A DNA stretch of 36,071 nucleotides from Deltaproteobacteria bacterium (GTDB taxonomy: Bacteria > Myxococcota > JACRCW01): positions 1 to 36,071 of the forward strand of contig JACRCW010000142.1 of NCBI GenBank assembly GCA_016218805.1, read 5' to 3'. This document shows, piece after piece, positions 10,444 to 20,530 of the stretch. The notes beneath the pieces are model-generated. The model saw only the letters and a list, made by a program, of their open reading frames with translations. It did not search any database and had not been told where the DNA came from. Numbering within the stretch: the stretch's first letter is position 1; each line of letters opens with the position of its first letter. The position numbers and the translations under genes were made by a program.

Positions 10444-11622
10444 ATGGGCCGACTGCATTGGCTCGCGGGGTGCGCGCTGCCCGGGGTGCTGCTGGCGTGT
10501 GACGCGCTGCTGGACGTGGAGATGTGCGGCAAGCACTGCTCCACCGCGTCCGACTGCGGCGGGTCCTACGCGTGCACGGACGGTGTCTGCGCCGGGGAGC
10601 CCTGTGGCAGCGGCGTGACGGACCCCGCGGGTACGGGGAGCAGTTCCGGCGGACAGGTGGGCACTTCGTCAGGCGGCGCCACCTCCGGGGCCAGCTCCCA
10701 CGGCAGCGGCCATTCGTCGTCGGCGCCGGCCAGCTCGGCGGCCGTGGTGTCCTGCATGAACGGCTCCACCCCGCGGCCCGGCGGCACCGCCTGCGGCACG
10801 GGGCAGGTGTGTGATGGCCAGGGGAGTTGTCGGAGTGGCTGCTGGATCGGCGGGCAGCTGGTGTCGCCGGGGCCGGCACCCGGCGCGCCGTGCCGCGCGT
10901 GTGTTCCCACCACGGACACCACGGACTGGTCCAACGCGCCGGCGGGTTCGCCGTGCACGGACCAGGACGCGTGCACCACGGACGCATGCAACGGCAACGG
11001 GCAGTGTGCGTCCCAGCCCAAATGCACCGGCAGCACACCCACGTGCATCCCGGCCACCGGCGCCTGCCGCTGCTCCAACAACCCCAACAGCTGCAGCACG
11101 GACCCCGCGGGCAGCGTCTGCCGCGCCATGAGCGGGCAGTGCGGCTGTTTTGATTCGGGTGACTGCCCCGCCGGGACGGCGTGTGACCTGACCACGCGCA
11201 CCTGCGGGCCGTGCAACACGCCAGACGCCTGCGGTGACGCGTGCGACGCGTGCCGCAACGCGGCCGGGATGACGCTCAACGAAGGCTCCTACTGGACCTG
11301 CACCAGCACCAGCCTGCCAGCGGACCAGGCGTGCCAGCCGGTGGCGTGCGACGCCACGCGCGCCAACTGCAACGGCGATGACAGCGACCAGTGCGAGGTC
11401 AACCTCGCCGACGACCCGGACCACTGCGGTGCGTGCGCGCTGCAGTGTGATTCGGGCAGTTGCGTCCAGCGGCAGTGCACCTGCCCGTCCGGGGACTGGC
11501 AGTGCCCCATGAACCAGGGTTGCGGCGGCAGTGGCGCGGGGCGGTGCCGTTGCGGGGGTGACAACGAGTGCCCCGGCCCGTTGTACACGTGCAACAACAG
11601 CACCCGGATCTGCGAGCGGTGA
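10444..11622 (+). CDS. Cysteine-rich repeat lipoprotein, myxobacterial type
   Basis: GGAGGA RBS, LLAC lipobox, Gly/Ser linker, repeats such as CTDQDACTTDAC and CEVNLADDPDHCGAC. Confidence 0.8.
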   Translation: MGRLHWLAGCALPGVLLACDALLDVEMCGKHCSTASDCGGSYACTDGVCAGEPCGSGVTDPAGTGSSSGGQVGTSSGGATSGASSHGSGHSSSAPASSAAVVSCMNGSTPRPGGTACGTGQVCDGQGSCRSGCWIGGQLVSPGPAPGAPCRACVPTTDTTDWSNAPAGSPCTDQDACTTDACNGNGQCASQPKCTGSTPTCIPATGACRCSNNPNSCSTDPAGSVCRAMSGQCGCFDSGDCPAGTACDLTTRTCGPCNTPDACGDACDACRNAAGMTLNEGSYWTCTSTSLPADQACQPVACDATRANCNGDDSDQCEVNLADDPDHCGACALQCDSGSCVQRQCTCPSGDWQCPMNQGCGGSGAGRCRCGGDNECPGPLYTCNNSTRICER

Positions 11623-11632
11623 CGGGGTGGCC

Positions 11633-12394
11633 ATGGTGACGTTCGCCTGGATGCTGGTGCTGGCCGCGGCCGTGACGCCGCCGGAGCCCGCCGGGGAGTT
11701 CAGCCCGGACATGGTGGACGCGCTGCGGCGCGCGCAGGGCCACCTGGACGAGTTGGAGGACCAGAAGGCGCTGGATGCGCTGGAACCGCTGGCGGCGCGG
11801 ACGGACCTGGTGAGCGCGGAGGTGGCGCAGGTCCAACTGTGGCGCGGCGCCGCGCTGATGGGGCTCAACCGCGAAGGGGAAGCCCGCGAGGCGTTTGCCG
11901 TCTCCCGCGGGTGTGACCCGGGCCTGGCGCCGCCCGCCCGGCTGAGCCCCAAGATTGCCAAGGCGCTGGCGTCTTCCAAGCCGGGCTTCTGCACCGCGGT
12001 GGCATTTGCCGCCTGGGATCCCGCACAGGCCGGACCGCGCCCGCCCGCCTATGACCCACCGCCGCCGCCCGTGACGGCGTCCGCGCGGGGCCGCGGGGGC
12101 CCTCCGGTGCTGGCAATTGTGGGCGGAGGCGTGGTGGCAGCCGGCGGGGTGGTGCTGCTGGCCGGTGGCCTGGGAGCCGTCCTGGCCATGAGCGCGCTGG
12201 CCGGTTCTTTCCCGGTTCACGACGCCGCGGTGGCCAACACCGAGGCACGCCAGGCCCGGCAGCAGGCCATTATTGCGCTCTCTCTGAGGCTCGGCGCAGC
12301 CGCGGGATTGGCCGTGGCGGGCCTGGCCGGATTGGTCGGACTGGGCACCCTGCTCGGCGGTGTCGGCGCGGCCACGGTGGGCGTCCTGCGCTGA
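11633..12394 (+). CDS. Hypothetical TPR-like exported protein with C-terminal membrane helices
   Basis: Signal-like N-terminus, helical LWRGAALMGLNREGEAREAF, Pro linker, two Gly-rich hydrophobic segments. Confidence 0.7.
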   Translation: MVTFAWMLVLAAAVTPPEPAGEFSPDMVDALRRAQGHLDELEDQKALDALEPLAARTDLVSAEVAQVQLWRGAALMGLNREGEAREAFAVSRGCDPGLAPPARLSPKIAKALASSKPGFCTAVAFAAWDPAQAGPRPPAYDPPPPPVTASARGRGGPPVLAIVGGGVVAAGGVVLLAGGLGAVLAMSALAGSFPVHDAAVANTEARQARQQAIIALSLRLGAAAGLAVAGLAGLVGLGTLLGGVGAATVGVLR

Positions 12395-12537
12395 AACGCC
12401 CCTCCATTCCAAGAGTTCAAGGTGCCTTCGGCGGGACGGCGGAGGCTGCCCGGACACCCGCTTGACCGCCCAGGTGCGCTGATGTAGGTGCACGGCGTGA
12501 CTCATGAGTGAGTTACGTCAGCCACCCGAGGGCGACC

Positions 12538-14061
12538 ATGCGCATCTACATCAACGTTCTTACAGTTCTTTTCTCGCTCATTCTCCTGGGATGCGGGGGC
12601 GAAGGACCGGCCGTTCCGGTGGCGATGGCGGGGTTTGGGGCGGAGCCGGCGCTGGGGGCCCAGGATGAGGCAGACCGGGCCTGCAGGGTGGTGCTGCGCG
12701 ATGTGATGCGGCTGCCGGGCGGGGAGGATTTCGCCACGCGGTGCCAGGGCGGCGCGTGCCAGTACGTGTGGACGGGCCGCGTGGACGTGTCGCGTGATGC
12801 GTATCCGTCCCGGGCGGAGGTGGGCGTGCTGTACCGCGGTGCTGACGGTGCCTGGCGCGAGGTGGCGGCCGGCCCGGTGCAGGGCGGGCGCGTGGGGTTC
12901 TTCGGGTACAGCTTTGAGATGAGCGACGGCCTGTTTGGGCCGGAGGCGGGGCAGTACCCCGAGGGCCAGCGCATTGAGCTGGTGCCGTTCATCCGCCGCG
13001 CCGACGGGACGCGCCTGTTTGATCACAACCGGCACCCCGGTGACGGTGACAACCACGTGCTGGACGCAACCAACGGCTACGGTTGGGGCGGCGACGACGC
13101 GTGCGCGCCGGTGGCGGGCACCGTGACGTTCTCCGAAGACTGGAGCGAACACGTCAGCGGGACGCTGCACGCCGGCGGCTGGATGTCCCTCTGGTACGAC
13201 CTGGACCGCCTGTCCTCCTGCCGCGCCACGCACAACGGCTACCCGGCCTGGGACCTGGTGGCGTACGCGTACTTCCTCCCCGTGGGCGAACTTGCCACCG
13301 GCAGCGTGCGGTCCATGCTGACCATCAACGGGTCACCCACCAACGACGCCGTGGAGCAGCCGCTGGAACTGCGGATCCCGCGCGGCGCCACGTCGGTGGA
13401 GGTCTGGTTCCAGAACTACTCGGGCGCGGGCAACAACTGCCAGAACTGGGACTCTGACTTTGGGGCCAACTACCGGTTTGAGATCCTCCCCCCGGTGGAT
13501 GATGCGCGCTGCCAGGACGTGGAGCGCTGGAACCGCATCTACGGCGGTGAAGCCTCCTGTATCCGCACCATGCCGGAGCAGCAGTACGACGCGACGAACT
13601 GCGAGTTCACCGTGACCGGGTTCGGGCACGGCTATGAGGGGCACTACGGCATCCCGGTGGAGTGGCTGGAGGCGTATCTCCACGTCGGCGCGGTGGACGG
13701 TGAGCCGCTGGAGGTGGGCATGCTCACGCGCTTCACGGACACGGGTAACGGCGTGCCGGGCGAGACGTTCTCACTGGGCACACCCATGGGTGATGGGACG
13801 TGGAAGACGGGGTTCACCTTCCACGCGGAGGCGCCGCAGGGGCGGCGGTGGAACTACCGCGTGGACCAGGTGGCGTTCTTCCTGGACGTGCGGCGCCCGT
13901 CAGGCAGCGTGGTGCGCCTGTGGCAGAGCCGGCGCGGAGCCAACTACTCCTGGGATGATGCGTTTGGCGCGGGCGTCACGCGCGTGTCCATTCCATACGG
14001 CAACGTGCAGTGGGCCAACGACGGGGCGGGTGTCTTCGACAGCCGGCGGGCCTGCCAGTAG
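12538..14061 (+). CDS. DUF6209-like lipoprotein
   Basis: LLGC lipobox; YDLDRL..CR.THNGYPAW and WF.N......C..WDSDFGANY motifs recalled from this family. Confidence 0.7.
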   Translation: MRIYINVLTVLFSLILLGCGGEGPAVPVAMAGFGAEPALGAQDEADRACRVVLRDVMRLPGGEDFATRCQGGACQYVWTGRVDVSRDAYPSRAEVGVLYRGADGAWREVAAGPVQGGRVGFFGYSFEMSDGLFGPEAGQYPEGQRIELVPFIRRADGTRLFDHNRHPGDGDNHVLDATNGYGWGGDDACAPVAGTVTFSEDWSEHVSGTLHAGGWMSLWYDLDRLSSCRATHNGYPAWDLVAYAYFLPVGELATGSVRSMLTINGSPTNDAVEQPLELRIPRGATSVEVWFQNYSGAGNNCQNWDSDFGANYRFEILPPVDDARCQDVERWNRIYGGEASCIRTMPEQQYDATNCEFTVTGFGHGYEGHYGIPVEWLEAYLHVGAVDGEPLEVGMLTRFTDTGNGVPGETFSLGTPMGDGTWKTGFTFHAEAPQGRRWNYRVDQVAFFLDVRRPSGSVVRLWQSRRGANYSWDDAFGAGVTRVSIPYGNVQWANDGAGVFDSRRACQ

Positions 14062-14072
14062 TTTCCCCGCGC

Positions 14073-14882
14073 ATGCCTGACCTGGTGGTCTCCGCGCTGG
14101 AACAGCTGGGCTTCACGGCGACGGACGCCAAGGTCTACCTGGGGCTGGTCCAGGCCCACCCCGCCACGGGCTACGAACTCTCCAAGCGCACGGGGGTGCC
14201 GCGCTCCGCCATGTACGCGGTGCTGGCGCGGCTGGAGCGCGAGGGCCTGGTGCGTGCGGTGCAGGCCAGCCCCGCCCGTTACGAGCCGCTGCCACCGCAG
14301 CAACTGGTGGCGCGGCTGAAGGACCGGCACCAGCGTTCGCTGGATGACCTGCAGCACGCGCTGGAACGGCTGGACAACCTGCCGCCGCCGCCCGTGTTGT
14401 GGGCGACGACGGGTTACGAGGCGATCCTTGCCGAGGCGGAGGGGCAGATCCGCGGCAGCCGGCAGGTGGTTGCGGCGTCATTGTGGCAACGCGAAGCGCT
14501 GCGGCTGGCCCCGGCGTTGGAGGACGCGCGCGCGCGCGGCGTGGCGGTGGTGTTGTTCTCCTTCACGCCGCTGCCGCTGCAGGGGCCACGCGTGTACAGC
14601 TACGGCATCACGGAGACGGAACTGGAGCGCTACTGGCCGCACAAGCTCATTGTGGTGGCGGACCGGCGGCGCGTGCTGGTGGGCGGCGCTGAACCCGGCC
14701 AGGCCACGCGTGCCACCGTCACCGACGAGTCCGCGCTGGTGGAGATGGCGCTGTCCACCGTGGTGCTGGACCTCACGCTGCTGGGGCAGCGGCTGGGCGT
14801 GGACACCTCCGGCGCGGTGGGGCTGCTCACCGAGCACCTGGCGCCGCTGGACACGCTGCTGCCACCGCCGCGGCGGACGTGA
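14073..14882 (+). CDS. TrmB-family transcriptional regulator
   Basis: LEQLGFT..DAKVYLGL....PATGYELSKRTGVPRS.MY.VL.RL wHTH plus C-terminal effector domain. Confidence 0.9.
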   Translation: MPDLVVSALEQLGFTATDAKVYLGLVQAHPATGYELSKRTGVPRSAMYAVLARLEREGLVRAVQASPARYEPLPPQQLVARLKDRHQRSLDDLQHALERLDNLPPPPVLWATTGYEAILAEAEGQIRGSRQVVAASLWQREALRLAPALEDARARGVAVVLFSFTPLPLQGPRVYSYGITETELERYWPHKLIVVADRRRVLVGGAEPGQATRATVTDESALVEMALSTVVLDLTLLGQRLGVDTSGAVGLLTEHLAPLDTLLPPPRRT

Positions 14883-14993
14883 GCAACGCGGTTGCTGTGG
14901 CGAGCACCGGGTTCCATGCTCCGGCCGCCCGCACAGCGGGCTCACGACCGGTGGCTTGCCCGTCACGTCGGGCCGCGGGCATAGTCGCGCGCT

Positions 14994-15857
14994 GTGAACC
15001 TTTCGTCGCCACCGCTCCCTGACCAGGTGCAGCGCGCACTGGGTGCGCTGCGCCTGTTCCGCGAGTTTGCCGATCCCCTGTTCCTGGGCGCGGAGAACAT
15101 CCCGGCGCACCGCCCGCTGGTGTTTGTGGGCAACCACACCACCTACGGACTGTTTGACACCATGTTCCTGTTTGAGTGGCTGTACCACGCGCACGGCATC
15201 TTCCTGCGCAGCATGGGTGACCACGTGCACTTCAAGGTGCCGCTGTGGCGGGACGTGCTGTCCGGCTTTGGCGTGGTGGAGGGTGACCGGGAAACCGCCT
15301 CCACGCTGCTGTCCACGCGCGAGTCCATCCTGGTGTTCCCCGGCGGCGCGCGCGAGGTGGCGCGGCGCAAGAACGAGAAATACCCGGTCATCTGGAAGGA
15401 CCGCACCGGGTTCGCGCGGCTGGCCATCCGGCACGGTTGCGACATCATCCCGTTCGCGGCCATCGGGATCGACGACGCGTGGGACGTGGTGTACGACGCC
15501 GAGGACGCGTTCCACAGCCGGCTGGGTCCGGTGCTCAAGGTGCTGGGGGTGCGGCCCGAAGCGACGATGCCGGTGGTGAAGGGACTGGGCGGCACGCCGC
15601 TGCCGCGCCCGGAGCGCGTGTACTTCCGCATCCTGCCGCCGGTGTCCACGCGCGCGGTGCAGGGACGCCAGGATGACGATGCGGTGGTGATGGAGGTGCG
15701 GGAGCGCGCGCGCACCGCGGTGCAGCGGGGCATCACTGAGTTGCTGCGCTTCCGCGAACTGGACCCGGACCGCAACGTGTTCCTCCACGCCGGGCGGCGC
15801 GTGGTGGAGAAGCTGCTGGAGCCGGCCGCGCGCGCGCGCACCAAGCCCGGGCCGTGA
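14994..15857 (+). CDS. Lysophospholipid/DGAT-like acyltransferase
   Basis: FVGNH....FD, LVFPGGARE and GFARLA motifs. Confidence 0.88.
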   Translation: MNLSSPPLPDQVQRALGALRLFREFADPLFLGAENIPAHRPLVFVGNHTTYGLFDTMFLFEWLYHAHGIFLRSMGDHVHFKVPLWRDVLSGFGVVEGDRETASTLLSTRESILVFPGGAREVARRKNEKYPVIWKDRTGFARLAIRHGCDIIPFAAIGIDDAWDVVYDAEDAFHSRLGPVLKVLGVRPEATMPVVKGLGGTPLPRPERVYFRILPPVSTRAVQGRQDDDAVVMEVRERARTAVQRGITELLRFRELDPDRNVFLHAGRRVVEKLLEPAARARTKPGP

Positions 15858-16554
15858 ACGCGCCCACGCGGACCGTGCTGTGCCAGGACGCGCTGCTCTG
15901 GCTGGCGGAGCAGCCGGTGCTGGCGGGCGCGTCGTTCTTCTCGTCATTGCCGGATGTTTCTGAGCTGGGCGGGATGCCGCTGCCGGACTGGCGCACCTGG
16001 TTCATCCGCGCCGTTGAGCTCATGATGTCCCGCTGCCCTGACGACGGTGTGGTGATTCTCTACCAGACGGACATCCGCCAGCAGCGCCGCTGGATAGACA
16101 AGGGGCACCTGTGCCAGGTGGCCGCGGACGGCGCGGGCCTGGCGCAACTGTGGCACCGCATTGTCTGCCGCGTCCCACCGGGCACTGCCACCACGGGGCG
16201 GCCCGCCTACGCGCACCTGCTGTGCTTTTCCCGCGCGCTGCTGCCGGACCTGTCCCGCCCCGCGCCGGACGTGCTGCCCGCGCTGGGCACCATGACGTGG
16301 ACGCGCGCCATGGGCATGGCCGCGGTCCGCCACGCGGTGGACTTCATCCGCACGCAGACCCGCAGCCACACCGTGGTGGACCCGTTCTGCGGCGTGGGCA
16401 CCGCGCTGGCCGCCGCCAACGCCGCGAGCTCCACGCCGTGGGCGTGGAACTGTCCCGGAAACGCGCGCGCCGCGCGCGCGCACTGGTGCTCCCCCCGGAG
16501 GAGATCCCGCGCGGCTGGCCGGGGGTTGCCTCCCGCCCGCCCGGCCCGTATTGA
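15854..16554 (+). pseudogene. SAM-dependent methyltransferase resembling beta-class N4/N6 DNA MTases, frameshifted near 16421-16428
   Basis: SSLPD near N-terminus and VVDPFCGVGT motif I; expected continuation LHAVGVELSRKRARRA lies in the frame of ORF 16111..16554. Confidence 0.75.
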
Positions 16555-16615
16555 CTCTCACGTCAACCGCGGTCCCCGCCCCTGGCAGAGGCCGCTTCAC
16601 GACGAGGAGGCAGGG

Positions 16616-17779
16616 ATGAGGGAAGCCGTGATTGTGGACGCCATCCGGACGGCGCGGGGCAAACGCAAAGGCGGGTTTGCCGCCACCCACCCCATGGACC
16701 TGGCCAGCCACCTGCTGAAGTCAATGGTGAAGCGCAACCCCGCGCTGCCGGTGGACCGCGTGGATGACGTGATCCTGGGCTGCGTGACGCCCGTGGGCGA
16801 GCAGGGGTTCAACATTGCACGCGGCAGCGCGTTGGCCTCCGGGCTGCCCATCAGCGTGCCGGGTACAACGATCAACCGCTTCTGCGGGTCGGGCCAGCAG
16901 GCGGTGCACTTCGCGGCGCAGGCCATCATGAGCGGCGAGATGGACATTGTGCTGGCCGGTGGCGTGGAGCACATGACGCGCGTGCCCATGGGGTCTGACG
17001 GCGTGGGCGGGGATGGCCCCATGAGCCGCGAGCTGCTCACGCGTTTCCCCGGCCTGGTGCCGCAGGGCCTGTCCGCGGAAATGGTGGCGGAGAAGTACGG
17101 CTACAAGCGGGACGCGGTGGACCGCTTTGCGCTGCTCAGCCAGCAGCGCGCGGCGGCGGCCATTGAGGCGGGCCGGTTCAAGAATGAGATCGTCCCCATG
17201 GAGGTGACGGACCTGGAGGGCAACAAGCGCGTGGTGGACACGGACGAGCACCCGCGCCCCGGCACCACGCTGGAGGCGCTGGGCGCGCTCAAGAAGGCCT
17301 TCAAGGAGGACGGCGTCATTTCCGCGGGCAACAGCAGCGGCATTGTGGACGGCGCGTCCCTGTTGCTGGTGATGGAGAAGCAGAAGGCCCGCGAGCTGGG
17401 CCTGAAGCCGCGCGCCGCCATCCGCCACATGGCGGTGGCCGGGTCTGACCCGGTGATCATGCTGCTGGGGCCCATCCCGTCCACGCACAAGACGCTGCAG
17501 CGGTCCGGGCTCAAGATGTCCGATATTGACTTGGTGGAGATCAATGAGGCGTTTGCGCCCGTGCCCATGGCGGTGATGCAGGAGCTGCACATGGACCCGG
17601 AGCGGGTGAACGTGAACGGCGGCGCCATTGCGCTGGGCCACCCGCTGGGCGCCACCGGCGGGATCCTGTTGGCCACGCTGCTCAACGAACTGGAACGGCG
17701 CGACAAACGCTACGGGATGAGCACCATGTGCATTGGCTACGGCATGGGCATCACCTGCGTGCTGGACCGCCGCGTCTGA
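16616..17779 (+). CDS. Thiolase (acetyl-CoA C-acyltransferase)
   Basis: GAGGAGG RBS before ATG 16616; NRFCGSG, NEAFA, GHPLGATG and MCIG catalytic motifs. Confidence 0.95.
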   Translation: MREAVIVDAIRTARGKRKGGFAATHPMDLASHLLKSMVKRNPALPVDRVDDVILGCVTPVGEQGFNIARGSALASGLPISVPGTTINRFCGSGQQAVHFAAQAIMSGEMDIVLAGGVEHMTRVPMGSDGVGGDGPMSRELLTRFPGLVPQGLSAEMVAEKYGYKRDAVDRFALLSQQRAAAAIEAGRFKNEIVPMEVTDLEGNKRVVDTDEHPRPGTTLEALGALKKAFKEDGVISAGNSSGIVDGASLLLVMEKQKARELGLKPRAAIRHMAVAGSDPVIMLLGPIPSTHKTLQRSGLKMSDIDLVEINEAFAPVPMAVMQELHMDPERVNVNGGAIALGHPLGATGGILLATLLNELERRDKRYGMSTMCIGYGMGITCVLDRRV

Positions 17780-17879
17780 ACCTGCGCAAGCCACGCCACG
17801 GCGTGCGGTTGCCGCCGGGGACCCCCGGAGGGATGCTGCCGGCGCGGCGGGTGGGGTCCCTCCGCACGAGGTCCAACAG

Positions 17880-19583
17880 GTGGGCGCACGCATCCTGCTG
17901 GTGGACGACGAGCCGGTGATCCTCCGCAGCCTGGAGCGCCTGCTGACCAACCACGGACACCAGGTGGTGGTGGCCGCTGACGGCGAGGAAGCGCTGCGCG
18001 TGGCCCGGCAGAGCATTCCGGACCTCATCCTCAGTGACGTCCGCATGCCCAACATGGACGGCCATGAACTCCTGGCCGCCCTGCAGGGTGACGCCACGCT
18101 GGCGCGCATCCCGTTCATCTTTCTTACCGCCCATTCGGAGCCGGATTCCGTGCGGCTGGGGATGGGCCTGGGCGCGGATGACTTCCTGTCCAAGCCGGTG
18201 CTGCCCAATGACCTGCTGGCCGCGGTGAACACGCGCCTGGAGAAGGCCGCGCGCGCGCATGATGAGGCCCGCCGGCTGGAGCAGCACGCGCGCTTCCTGG
18301 AGCACCATGACCCGCTGACCGGGCTCTCCAACCGCGCGCTGCTGCTCTACCAGGTGGAGCTGCTGATGCGCGGCGAACGCGGCACGCGCGACGGCGTGGT
18401 CATTGTCTGCGTGGGCCTGGACCGGTTCACGCACATCAATGACACCTTTGGCGGGCGCGCCGGTGACGACGTGCTGTGCCAGGCGGCGCGGCGGCTGCTG
18501 GAGTTGGTTGCGGGTGACCAGGGCGCGGGGCCTGAGCTGGTGGCGCGCCTTGGGAATGACCTGTTTGCGGTGGCCATGCCGGCCCGGGGCGGGGTCACCG
18601 CATGCGTGGAGCGGTCCCGCGCCGCGCTGGCCCGGCCCTACCGCGTGGGCACGCAGGAGACGTTTGTGTCCGCGTGCGTGGGCGCGGCCGTGTTCCCGGC
18701 GGACGCCACCCGCGCGGACGCGCTGTTGCTGTGCGCGGAGACCGCGTTGCGCAGCGCCAAGACGGAAGGCCCCGGGCACGCGGCGTACTTTTCGCCCGTG
18801 CTCAATGCGGATGCCTCGCGCCGCGTCCGCCTGCGTGATGACCTGCGCCGCGCGCTGGGAACACCGCAGTTGGAGCTGCATTACCAGCCGCAGATTGACA
18901 TCTCCTCCGGGAGGATGGTGGGCGCGGAGGCGCTGCTGCGCTGGACGCACCCGGCCGAAGGCCCGCAGCCACCCGGCGAGTTCATCCCCCGCTGCGAGGA
19001 CGACGGCCTCATCCTGCCGGTGGGCGAGTGGGTGGTGGGTGCCGGGTGCATCCAGGCCAAGCAGTGGCTGGACGCCGGGACCCCGCTGCGCGTGTCCGTC
19101 AACGTGTCCCCGCGCCAGCTGTGGGACCAGGACGTGGTGGCGGTGGTCAGGCAGGCGCTGGAAAAGACCGGGCTGCCCGCCCAGTGGCTGGAGCTGGAAA
19201 TCACTGAGACGGCCACCGTGCGCGGGATGGAACGCATCATGCCGCAGCTGCTGCGCCTGCGGGAGATGGGCGTGCTGCTGTCCCTGGATGACTTTGGGAC
19301 GGGGTATTCCAGCCTCAATCACCTGCGGCGCCTGCCCGTCACGGGCGTGAAGGTGGACCAGGGGTTTGTCCGCGGCATGCTGACGGACGCGGGGGACGCC
19401 GCCATTGCCCGCGCGGTGGTTGAACTGGGCAAGAGCTTCCACCTGGGCGTGGTGGCTGAAGGCGTGGAGACGGCCGAGCAAGCCGCGGCGATGCGCGCCC
19501 TGGGCTGCGAAGTCATGCAGGGCTACTTCTACGGCCGCCCCGTCCCGGCGCGGGAACTGCGCCCGCCCAGGCGCGCCGTGTGA
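17880..19583 (+). CDS. Response regulator with degenerate GGDEF and intact EAL domain, probable c-di-GMP phosphodiesterase
   Basis: REC (ILLVDD, DVRMP, SKP); HDPLTGLSNR with LGNDLF in place of GGDEF; EALLRW, DDFGTGYSS, VVAEGVET; GTG 17880 start inferred from GAGG. Confidence 0.9.
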   Translation: MGARILLVDDEPVILRSLERLLTNHGHQVVVAADGEEALRVARQSIPDLILSDVRMPNMDGHELLAALQGDATLARIPFIFLTAHSEPDSVRLGMGLGADDFLSKPVLPNDLLAAVNTRLEKAARAHDEARRLEQHARFLEHHDPLTGLSNRALLLYQVELLMRGERGTRDGVVIVCVGLDRFTHINDTFGGRAGDDVLCQAARRLLELVAGDQGAGPELVARLGNDLFAVAMPARGGVTACVERSRAALARPYRVGTQETFVSACVGAAVFPADATRADALLLCAETALRSAKTEGPGHAAYFSPVLNADASRRVRLRDDLRRALGTPQLELHYQPQIDISSGRMVGAEALLRWTHPAEGPQPPGEFIPRCEDDGLILPVGEWVVGAGCIQAKQWLDAGTPLRVSVNVSPRQLWDQDVVAVVRQALEKTGLPAQWLELEITETATVRGMERIMPQLLRLREMGVLLSLDDFGTGYSSLNHLRRLPVTGVKVDQGFVRGMLTDAGDAAIARAVVELGKSFHLGVVAEGVETAEQAAAMRALGCEVMQGYFYGRPVPARELRPPRRAV

Positions 19584-19655
19584 ACCCAATCAGAACGGCA
19601 CGCGGCGGGTGGACCGGAGCCGCACCCAGGACGCCTCAGCGCAGGAGAACCCGGC

Positions 19656-20441
19656 ATGGCAGGCCAACAATCAGCGCTCCGGAAACCGCGGACGCCGCAA
19701 GCGGTCATCTCAGAGTTGCAGCAGCGCGCTGCCCAGGGGCGCTCCTTGGCCTCACGCGCCAACCGGCGTAGCTCGCTGTATGCGAGCGCGGTGGACCTGT
19801 TCGGGAACTGGGGAAGCGCGGTCGCGGCCGCCGGTTTGCTCACCCCCGCTGCGCCCGCCACCGGTGACATCATCACGGGGCTCCGCGAACTGCTCGCGGG
19901 GAAGGATCCCCTTGACCTGGCGGCCGCCCTTGCCGCGGACCCCCACCGGGTGTTCGCTGCCCAGAAGCGGTTCGGTGGCTGGCAGGCCGCGCTGGACGCG
20001 GCGGGACTGTTGCCGCTGCCGCCGCCGCCGCGCGGCTCCTGGGTCTGTCGTGTCGGCTCCGTCGGGTTTGCTGAGTTGTGGGCCGTGGTGACCCACCTGT
20101 GCACCGATCGGACAGCGGTCATCCTGGCGCGCCGGTTCCTTGAGGGCATGCTGTTGCAGGAGATCGGCCGGAGCGAAGGCGTGACGCGGTCGCGCATCGA
20201 ACAGATCGTCAGCCGCCACCTGGACGGTTTGGAGCCCGCGTTCGGAGACGTGGCGCGCGCACTGATGCAGCAGCTTGACGGTGTGCTGGCTCAGCTTCCC
20301 GCCGGCCTCAGCGTCGGAGAGCTCCACCTGGTGGGTGCGCGGCGCTTGGGCGAGATTGCCCTGGCGGCTGCGCTCGCCGGACGCGCCGCCCCCGACGTTC
20401 TGGAAGACCGCATCTCGGCCCGCAGACCATCCCGGTCCTGA
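19656..20441 (+). CDS. Hypothetical DNA-binding protein: two FGxW..A..AAGL repeats plus sigma-70 region-4-like HTH
   Basis: AGGAG RBS; LFGNWGSAVAAAGL and RFGGWQAALDAAGL; RF..GMLLQEIGRSEGVTRSRIEQI. Confidence 0.7.
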   Translation: MAGQQSALRKPRTPQAVISELQQRAAQGRSLASRANRRSSLYASAVDLFGNWGSAVAAAGLLTPAAPATGDIITGLRELLAGKDPLDLAAALAADPHRVFAAQKRFGGWQAALDAAGLLPLPPPPRGSWVCRVGSVGFAELWAVVTHLCTDRTAVILARRFLEGMLLQEIGRSEGVTRSRIEQIVSRHLDGLEPAFGDVARALMQQLDGVLAQLPAGLSVGELHLVGARRLGEIALAAALAGRAAPDVLEDRISARRPSRS

Positions 20442-20530
20442 AGATGGCGCGGCGGGTGTGCAGCCGTTGACCACAGCCCATGCACCCGTGTGGCCAGCGC
20501 GTTAGGTGGCACACGAAGGAGGGGTGCCAA

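Noticed and set aside
12462..12520. TTGACC and ACTCATGAGT palindrome upstream of the DUF6209-like gene as a TrmB operator
   Set aside because: Single short palindrome with a poor -10; not enough support
15854..17779. 641-aa methyltransferase-thiolase fusion ORF
   Set aside because: Explained by a frameshift near 16425; the thiolase has its own strong RBS and ATG at 16616 and the linker is out-of-frame sequence
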